DNA of 64,000 bases. Origin: Eledone cirrhosa (taxonomy: Eukaryota). Below are positions 54,901 to 64,000 of the stretch, piece by piece. The notes beneath the pieces were generated by a model, which saw only the letters and a list, made by a program, of their open reading frames with translations, was not told where the DNA came from and did no database searches. Every line of letters starts with the position of its first letter. Position 1 is the first letter of the stretch. The stretch lies in contig OZ024740.1 of assembly GCA_964016885.1 (NCBI GenBank), forward strand, positions 32,612,001 to 32,676,000, given 5' to 3'. Both the position numbers and the translations under genes were made by a program.

Positions 54901-57900
54901 GGCCTTTTGAATTACAGGTACAATCTATTAATAGTGTGTAAAGGCAGGGCTTTGACTTTGAGGTACAGTCTATTAATAGTGTGACAAAGCTGGCCTTTGA
55001 ATTACAGGTACAGTCTATCAATAGTGTGACAAGGCTGGCCTTTGTATTACAGGTACAGACTATCAATATCGTGACATGGCTAGCCTTTTGAATTACAGGA
55101 ACAGTCTATAAATAGTGTGACAAGGCTGGCCTTTGTCTTACAGGTGCAGTCTATTAATAGTGTGACAAGGCTGGCCTTTTGATTACAGGTACAGTCTATC
55201 AATAGTGTGACAAGGCTGGCCTTTGAATTACAGGTACAGTCTATCAATAGTGTGACAAGGCTTGCCTTTGACTTACTGGTACAGTCTATCAATAGTGTGA
55301 CAAGGCTGGCCTTTGAATTACAGGTACAGTATTTTAATAGTGTGACAGAGCTGGTTTTTCTAATTACAGGTACAGTCTATCAATAGTGTGACAATGCTGG
55401 CCTTTGAATTACAGGTACAGTCTATTAATAGAGTGACAAGGCTGGCCTTTTGATTACAGGTACAGTCTATCAATAGTTTGACAAGAAAGGCCTTTTGATT
55501 TACAGGTACAGTCTATCAATAGTGTGACAAGGCTGACCTTTGAATTACAGGTACAGTGTATTAATAGTGTGACAAGGCTGGCCTTGTAATTACAGGTACA
55601 GTCTATCAAAAGTGTGACAAGGCTGGCCTTTCAAATTGCAGGTACAGTCTATCAATAGTGTGACAAGGCTAGCCTTTTGAATTACAGGTACAGTCTATCA
55701 ATAGTGTGACAAGGGTGGCCTTTTGAATTACAGGTACAGTCTATCAATACTATGACAAGGCTGGCCTTTTGAATTACAGGTACAATCGTTTAATAGTGTG
55801 ATAAGGCTGGCCTCTGAATTACAGGTACACTCTTATAATAGTGTGACAAGGCTGGCCTTTTGAATTACAGGTACAGTCTATCAATAGTGTGACAAGGCTG
55901 GACTTTCAATTACAGGTACAGTCTATGATTAGTGTGAGAAGGCTGGCCTTTGAATTACAGGTACAGTCTATTAACAGTGTGACAAGGAGGCCTTTTGAAT
56001 TACAGGTACAGTCTATCAATAGTGTGACAAGGCTGGCCTTTTGAATTACAGGTACAGTCTATCAATAGTGTGACAAGGCTGGCCTTTTGAATTACAGGTA
56101 CAGTCTATCAATAGTGTGACAAGGAGGCCTTTTGAATTACAGGTACAGTCTATCAATAGTGTGACAAGGCTGGACGTTTGAATTACAGGTACAGTCTATC
56201 AATAGTGTGACAAGGCTGGCCTTTTGAATTACAGGTACAGTCTATCAATAGTGTGACAAGGCTGGCCTTTTGAATTACAGGTGCAGTCTATCAATAGTGT
56301 GACAAGGAGGCCTTTTGAATTACAGGTACAGTCTATCAATAGTGTGACAAGGCTGGACGTTTGAATTACAGGTACAGTCTATCAATAGTGTGACAGGGCT
56401 GGCATTTGAATTACAGGTACAGTCTATCAATAGTGTGACAAGGCTGGCATTTGAATTACAGGTACAGTCTATCAATAGTGTGACAAGGCTGGCATTTGAA
56501 TTACAGGTACAGTCTATCAATAGTGTGACAAGGAGGCCTTTTGAATTAGAGGCACAGTCTATCAATAGTGTGACAAGGCTGGCCTTTTGAATTACAGGTA
56601 CAGTCTATCAATAGTGTGACAAGGCTGGACGTTTGAATTACAGGTACAGTATATCAATAGTGTGACAAGGCTGGCCTTTTGAATTACAGGTACAGTCTAT
56701 CAATAATGTGACAAGGATGGCCTTTTGAATTACAGGTGCAGTCTATCAATAGTGTGACAAGGCTGGCCTTTTGAATTGCAGGTACAGTCTATCAATAATG
56801 TGACAAGGCTGGCCTTTGAATTACAGGTGCAGTCTATCAATAGTGTGACAAGGCTGGCCTTTTGAATTACAGGTACAGTCTATCAATAGTGTGACAAGGC
56901 TGGCTTTTGAATTACAGGTACAGTCTATCAATAGTGTGACAAGGCTGGCCTTTTGAATTACAGGTGCAGTCTATCAATAGTGTGACAAGGCTGGCTTTTG
57001 AATTACAGGTACAGTCTATCAATAGTGTGACAAGGCTGGCCTTTTGAATTACAGGTGCAGTTTATTAATAGTGTGACAAGGCTGGCCTTTTGAATTACAG
57101 GTACAATCTATTAATAGTGTGAAAAGGCAGGGCTTTGACTTAGAGGTACAGTCTATTAATAGTGTGACAAAGCTGGCCTTTGAATTACAGGTACAGTCTA
57201 TCAATAGTGTGACAAGGCTGGCCTTTGTATTACAGGTACAGACTATCAATATCGTGACATGGCTAGCCTTTTGAATTACAGGAACAGTCTATCAATAGTG
57301 TGACAAGGCTGGCCTTTGTCTTACAGGTGCAGTCTATTAATAGTGTGACAAGGCTGGCCTTTTGATTACAGGTACAGTCTATCAATAGTGTGACAAGGCT
57401 GGCCTTTGAATTACAGGTACAGTCTATCAATAGTGTGACAAGGCTTGCCTTTGACTTACTGGTACAGTCTATCAATAGTGTGACAAGGCTGGCCTTTGAA
57501 TTGCAGGTACAGTATTTTAATAGTGTGACAGAGCTGGTTTTTTTAATTACAGGTACAGTCTATCAATAGTGTGACAATGCTGGCCTTTGAATTACAGGTA
57601 CAGCCTATTAATAGTGTGACAAGGCTGGCCTTTTGATTACAGGTACAGTCTATCAATAGTTTGACAAGAAAGGCCTTTTGATTTACAGGTACAGTCTATC
57701 AATAGTGTGACAAGGCTGACCTTTGAATTACAGGTACAGTGTATTAATAGTGTGACAAGGCTGGCCTTGTAATTACAGGTACAGTCTATCAATAGTGTGA
57801 CAAGGAGGCCTTTTGAATTAGAGGCACAGTCTATCAATAGTGTGACAAGGCTGGCATTTGAATTACAGGTACATTCTATCAATAGTGTGACAAGGCTGGC

Positions 57901-60104
57901 CTTTGAATTACAGGTACAGTCTATCAATAGTGTGACAAGGCTGGCCTTTTGAATTACAGGTACAATCGTTTAATAGTGTGATAAGGCTGGCCTCTGAATT
58001 ACAGGTACACTCTTATAATAGTGTGACAAGGCTGGCCTTTTGAATTACAGGTACAGTCTATCAATAGTGTGACAAGGCTGGCATTTGAATTACAGGTACA
58101 GTCTATCAATAGTGTGACAAGGTTGGCATTTGAATTACAGGTACAGTCTATCAATAGTGTGACAAGGAGGCCTTTTGAATTAGAGGCACAGTCTATCAAT
58201 AGTGTGACAAGGCTGGCCTTTTGAATTACAGGTACAGTCTATCAATAGTGTGACAAGGCTGGACGTTTGAATTACAGGTACAGTATATCAATAGTGTGAC
58301 AAGGCTGGCCTTTGAATTACAGGTAGAGTCTATCAATAGTGTGACAAGGCTGACCTTTTGAATTACAGGTACAATCTATCAATAGTGTGACAAGGCTGGC
58401 TTTTTGAATTACAGGTACAATCTATCAATAGTGTGACAAGGCTGGCTTTTTGAATTACAGGTACATTCTATAAATAGTGTGACAAGGCTGGCCTTTGAAT
58501 TACAGGTACAGTCTATCAATAGTGTGACAAGGCTGGCCTTTTGAATTACAGGTACAATCGTTTAATAGTGTGATAAGGCTGGACTTTCAATTACAGGTAC
58601 AGTCTATGATTAGTGTGAGAAGGCTGGCCTTTGAATTACAGGTACAGTCTATCAATAGTGTGACAAGGCTGGCCTTTTGAATTACAGGTACAGTCTATCA
58701 ATAGTGTGACAAGGAGGCCTTTTGAATTACAGGTACAGTCTATCAATAGTGTGACAAGGCTGGACGTTTGAATTACAGGTACAGTCTATCAATAGTGTGA
58801 CAAGGCTGGCCTTTTGATTTACAGGTACAGTCTATCAATAGTGTGACAAGGCTGGCCTTTTGAATTACAGGTGTAGTCTATCAATAGTGTGACAAGGAGG
58901 CCTTTTGAATTACAGGTACAGTCTATCAATAGTGTGACAAGGCTGGACGTTTGAATTACAGGTACAGTCTATCAATAGTGTGACAGGGCTGGCATTTGAA
59001 TTACAGGTACAGTCTATCAATAGTGTGACAAGGAGGCCTTTTGAATTAGAGGCACAGTCTATCAATAGTGTGACAAGGCTGGCCTTTTGAATTACAGGTA
59101 CAGTCTATAAATAGTGTGACAAGGCTGGACGTTTGAATTACAGGTACAGTATATCAATAGTGTGACAAGGCTGGCCTTTGAATTACAGGTACAGTCTATC
59201 AATAGTGTGACAAGGCTGACCTTTTGAATTACAGGTACAATCTATCAATAGTGTGACAAGGCTGGCTTTTTGAATTACAGGTACAATCTATCAATAGTGT
59301 GACAAGGCTGGCTTTTTGAATTACAGGTACATTCTATCAATAGTGTGACAAGGCTGGCCTTTGAATTACAGGTACAGTCTATCAATAGTGTGACAAGGCT
59401 GGCCTTTGAATTACAGGTACAGTCTATCAATAGTGTGACAAGGCTGGTCTTTGAATTACAGGTACAGTCTATCAATAGTGTGACAAGGCTGGCCTTTTGA
59501 ATTACAGGTACAATCGTTTAATAGTGTGATAAGGCTGGACTTTCAATTACAGGTACAGTCTATTAATAGTGTGACAAGGCTGGCCTTTTGATTACAGGTA
59601 CAGTCTATCAATAGTGTGACACAGCTGGCCTTTGAATTACAGGTACAGTCTATCAATAGTGTGACAAGGCTGGCCTTTTGAATTACAGGTACAGTCTATC
59701 AATAGTGTGACAAGGCTGGCCTTTTGAATTACAGGTACTGTCTATCAATAGTGTGACAAGGCTGGCCTTTTGAATTACAGGTACAGTCTATCAATAGTGT
59801 GACAAGACTGGCCTTTTGAATTACAGGTACTGTCTATCAATAGTTTGACAAGGCTGGCCTTTTGAATTACTGGTACAGTCTATCAATAGTGTGACAAGGC
59901 TGGCCTTTGAATTACAGGTACAGTCTTTCAATATTGTGACAAGGCTGGCCTTTGAATTACAGGTACAGTCTATCAATAGTGTGACAAGGCTGGCTTTTGA
60001 ATTACAGGTACAGTCTATCAATAGTGTGACAAGGAGGCCTTTGAATTACAGGTATAGTCTATCAATATTGTGACAAGGCTGGCCTTTGAATTACAGGTAC
60101 AGTC
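48986..60104. repeat. 45/46-bp tandem satellite DNA array, right segment
   Basis: The same monomer resumes in phase at AGTC (48986) after the insertion and stops at ...CAGGTAC-AGTC (60104). Confidence 0.99.
49830..53120. repeat. Higher-order duplication inside the satellite, offset 2171 bp
   Basis: Markers 49863/52034, 50151/52322, 50609/52780, including the rare 40-bp monomer ACAAGGCTTTGAA near 50820 and 52990. Boundaries approximate. Confidence 0.8.
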
Positions 60105-60732
60105 TGTAGTGACCTACATTCCGCGGGCTCACATACATTCTCTGTGCGTGATTTGGCTCAGTTCAGCCAATCAGCGCCAGTAGAGGAGGATGTATCCCTA
60201 CGCTCCCTGAGGAAGAAATTCCCCACGAAGATTTGAAGAATCTATCTCTTGTACCAGGAACTTCGAACCAGCAACATGCATAATGTAACGGTGAGAAATT
60301 GCACCCTATCCTCGCCGGCTTTCCGGCGCAATGGCACATTCCCTTTTGTAACCTCTTTTTATGTGTAACTTCAACCATATAAGTTAACAAACATTGTTTG
60401 TGCTACATCAAAAATAAACATAGATTTCATCTCTAATTACTGCTGTTGAAATCATTATTATGTTACTCGTGTCTCAATAACATCTATAATCCATGCTGCT
60501 GGAATTGGCGACCTGACGAAAGGAATATTGTAAATACAAAGATGGTAAATAGATCGAGGGACCTTCCCTCACGTCTATGTCGACCACACAATCCAACGAA
60601 GATACTATCATTTTACCACACTGTCAACTCACGACTTTATACTGCTACACTGCTACAGTGGTGGCCGACATAAGAATGTAACGCAGCCCTTTTTTGTTCA
60701 GTTGAACTTTTATTGCCACGTTGCCGGCCTTT
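60105..60732 (+). mobile_element. Probable second LTR retroelement: LTR about 60105-60657 plus start of interior, cut by the assembly gap
   Basis: Begins TGTAGTG right after satellite AGTC. Contains an AGCCAATCAG CCAAT box (60165-60174) and AATAAA (60413-60418). A candidate end ...CTGCTACA at 60657 is followed after 1 nt by TGGTGGCCGAC (PBS-like). No second LTR or right TSD is visible, and it has no internal similarity to the first element's LTR. Confidence 0.6.
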
Positions 60733-60932
60733 NNNNNNNNNNNNNNNNNNNNNNNNNNNNNNNNNNNNNNNNNNNNNNNNNNNNNNNNNNNNNNNNNNNN
60801 NNNNNNNNNNNNNNNNNNNNNNNNNNNNNNNNNNNNNNNNNNNNNNNNNNNNNNNNNNNNNNNNNNNNNNNNNNNNNNNNNNNNNNNNNNNNNNNNNNNN
60901 NNNNNNNNNNNNNNNNNNNNNNNNNNNNNNNN
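60733..60932. other. Assembly gap (200 N)
   Basis: Run of exactly 200 N, a placeholder-like length; adjacency of the two sides is not established. Confidence 0.99.
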
Positions 60933-60952
60933 TATATATATATATATGTATG

Positions 60953-60989
<37 letters not shown>

Positions 60990-60990
60990 G

Positions 60991-61035
<45 letters not shown>

Positions 61036-61040
61036 GTATG

Positions 61041-61071
<31 letters not shown>

Positions 61072-61140
61072 GTATATATATATGTATATATATATATGTG
61101 TATATATGTATATATATGTATGTATATATATATATATATA
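60933..61140. repeat. (TA)n microsatellite with TG interruptions
   Basis: Alternating TA with scattered TATG/TGTG. Confidence 0.98.
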
Positions 61141-61414
61141 AAAGTCAGCTCAAAAGTGACACGGAGGAGACTGAGGTTGGCTGGACATGCTCACCGACAT
61201 CCAGAGTTGACATTGCACTCAGTGCTCCTTTGGGAGCCCCTACATGGACACACTAGAAGAGGAAGACCAAGGTTAACATATGTTGATGCCCTAAGGACAG
61301 ACACTGGTCTGTTGGAGATGCAGGATATGGCAGCGATAATGAGGGACAGAGACCGCTGGAGAGAACTCGTCCATGGATCTCGGGAATTTTACCCGCCTTA
61401 GATAGATAGATAGA
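61141..61414 (+). mobile_element. 5'-truncated 3' end of an RTE-type LINE with (TAGA)n tail
   Basis: Translates [22 protein letters not shown]...[23 protein letters not shown]...MRDRDRWR, the typical RTE-group C-terminus (RRLR..GH..R, R.RGRP, DR..WR). Stop TAG 61399-61401 runs into TAGA repeats. Confidence 0.88.
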
Positions 61415-61449
61415 TATATATATATACATATATGTATATATATATACAC

Positions 61450-61486
<37 letters not shown>

Positions 61487-61551
61487 CACATATATATACA
61501 TATATATATACATATATGTATATATATATACACATATATATACATATATAC

Positions 61552-61583
<32 letters not shown>

Positions 61584-61598
61584 ATATATATACATATA

Positions 61599-61640
<42 letters not shown>

Positions 61641-61715
61641 TATATATATATACACATATATATATATATACACATATATATATATACACACATATATATA
61701 TATACATATATATAC

Positions 61716-61752
<37 letters not shown>

Positions 61753-61837
61753 CATATACACATATATATACATACACATATATATATATACACACATATA
61801 TATATATACACACATATATATATATACATATATATAC

Positions 61838-61874
<37 letters not shown>

Positions 61875-62023
61875 CATATACACATATATATACATATATA
61901 TATATATATACATATACACATATATATACATATATACATATATACATATATATACATATATATATATACATATATATATACATACATATATATATACATA
62001 CATATATATATACATATATATAT

Positions 62024-62062
<39 letters not shown>

Positions 62063-62085
62063 TATATATATATACATATATATAT

Positions 62086-62126
<41 letters not shown>

Positions 62127-62203
62127 TATATACATATATATATATATGTAAATATATATATATGTATATATATATGTACATATATATATATGTATATATA
62201 TGT

Positions 62204-62234
<31 letters not shown>

Positions 62235-62566
62235 CATATATATACATATATATATATATGTATACATATATATACATATATATATATATGTATACATATA
62301 TATATATATGTATACATATATATATACATATATATATATATGTATACATATATATATATGTATACATATATATATACATATATATATATATGTATACATA
62401 TATATATACATATATATATATATGTATACATATACATATATATATATATGTATACATATATATATATATGTATACATATATATATACATATATATATATA
62501 TGTATACATATACATATACATATATATATATGTACATATATATATATGTACATATATATATATATG

Positions 62567-62636
<70 letters not shown>

Positions 62637-62715
62637 TATACATATATATATATACACATATATATATATACATATATATATATATACATATATATATATA
62701 CATATATATATATAC

Positions 62716-62783
<68 letters not shown>
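61415..62783. repeat. Long compound (TA)n/(TACA)/(TGTA) microsatellite, about 1.4 kb
   Basis: Almost continuous purine-pyrimidine alternation. Confidence 0.98.
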
Positions 62784-62785
<2 letters not shown>

Positions 62786-62989
62786 TAAAACATGTCTATA
62801 GAATCAATCAGATATTAAAATATATACTATTTCTTCCTCTAATCAGCATAATTAACCATATACATAATCAAATCCAGCAAGCTTTAAGAGTAAATTTTCT
62901 AACGGGGAAATCTCCGACAAACAATTGATCGCAGCCAGTTCGCGTTAACTCCGTTCCATTATTTATCAAACACTTCGGCAGCATGCAGA

Positions 62990-64000
62990 ATCCGAGCAAT
63001 TAGAGTCGTACAAGGTAGAAGAACAGTGGGAATTCCTGAAAGCAAACCTGCTGATGGCGGCAGACGAAGCCTGTGGCTGGAGAAGGCCTGTAGGCAGGAG
63101 GAGAGTAACATGGTGGTGGAACAGTAAGGTGGAGGGGTCAATCAAGGCCAAAAAGCAGGCTTGGAAAGCATGGCGGGATGGGGGAAGCAGAGAAGACTAT
63201 CAAGTGGCCAGGAGGGAAGCTAGCAGACAGGTGTACTTCGCAAGAAGGGAAGCAGAGGAAAGAAAGTTCAAGCATGTTCTACAACGCGAGGACCAAAAAC
63301 GTGAGGTGTTCAGGATTGCTAGGCAGTGTGTCAAGGAAAACCGTGATATTGTCGGGGAGAAGTGTGTCTGTAATGATAACGGTGTACTTGCTCTCACTGA
63401 TGCTGATAAGAAGGTAGCTTGGAAGTGTCACTACGAAAGGCTACTAAATGAGGAGAATAAATGGGAAAAAGACAGTCTCCCCCACATCGACCCGATAGAG
63501 GGACCAGCAGTGTTAGTCCAGGGTAGTACAATAAGTAAGGCAATCAAAGATATGAAGACGGGTAAGGCGGCTGGGCCTTCGGAAATAGTTGCCGAGATGC
63601 TGAAAGCCTCCGGTACAGTGGGACACACCATGGTCACCCGTATAGTAAACCAAGTCATTCAGAATGGGGTTGTTCCGAAGGACTGGCGTAGCAGCATCAT
63701 CGTTAACTGTTACAAGGGTAAAGGAGACGCCCTAGATAGGAGTAACTATAGAGGCATTAAATTAATCGACCAGGTCATGAAGGTCACGGAAAAAGTAATA
63801 GCGCAACTAATCAGAGAGAGAATTGATCTAGATGAAATGTAGTTCGGGTTTGTGTCAGGTAAAAGTACCATAGACGCTCTTTTCATTGTACGACAACTAC
63901 AGGAGAAGTACCTAGCTAAAAGTAAACCCCTATACTTAGCTTTTGTCGACTTGGAGAAAGCCTTCGACAGAGTCCCCCGTTCCATTATCTGGTGGGCTCT
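62990..64000 (+). mobile_element. 5'-truncated RTE-clade LINE ORF fragment (linker plus start of reverse transcriptase) with a premature stop; continues past the window end
   Basis: ORF 63054-63842 has TWWWN, MKTGKAAGPSEI, P.DWRSS.IV..YKGKGD, NYRGIKL. After TAG (63840-63842, where MQFGF is expected) the frame continues FGFVSGKSTIDALFIVRQLQEKY...FVDLEKAFDRVP. The endonuclease domain is absent; the left boundary is approximate. Confidence 0.93.

Noticed and set aside
1-60104. Dozens of ORFs with 15-aa repeats (TRLAFELQVQSINSV; IDCTCNSKASLVTLL)
   Set aside because: The 45-bp monomer happens to lack stops in these frames. The abundant 46/47-bp variants frameshift them every few units, and starts are mostly GTG/TTG. 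The faint likeness to a fibronectin-III strand or a CxC motif is unsupported.
1-60104. CRISPR-like array
   Set aside because: Units abut directly with no unique spacers, there are no cas genes and the context is eukaryotic.
60105-60932. True end of the satellite array
   Set aside because: The array stops at a probable insertion followed by a gap, so it may continue beyond the unassembled element.
60702-62928. Long YIYI-rich ORFs on both strands
   Set aside because: They are translations of (TA)n microsatellite and of the N gap. Only 61141-61401 is real, TE-derived coding sequence.
62959-63985. Minus-strand and alternative-frame ORFs over the RTE fragment
   Set aside because: Shadow frames of the LINE ORF.

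Overview
Eukaryotic (animal) heterochromatin-like window with no host gene. Positions 1-60104 are a tandem satellite of a 45/46-bp monomer (consensus GTCTATCAATAGTGTGACAAGGCTGGCCTTT(T)GAATTACAGGTACA, roughly 1,270 copies by length) with regional variant domains and 1.2-4 kb internal duplications. It is interrupted at 46842-48985 by a complete 2.14-kb non-autonomous LTR retroelement on the minus strand (372-bp LTRs, AGTC target-site duplication, tRNA-Trp primer site). It ends at 60105, where a second, unrelated LTR-like sequence starts at exactly the same position of the monomer. After a 200-N scaffold gap come (TA)n microsatellites and two RTE-type LINE fragments, whose style suggests a mollusc, possibly a cephalopod (inference only). 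The most notable signals are the shared insertion site of the two LTR elements and an over-long primer-binding site mismatched exactly at tRNA position 58. Nearly all ORFs in the supplied track are translation artefacts of the repeats. All alignments were done by eye.
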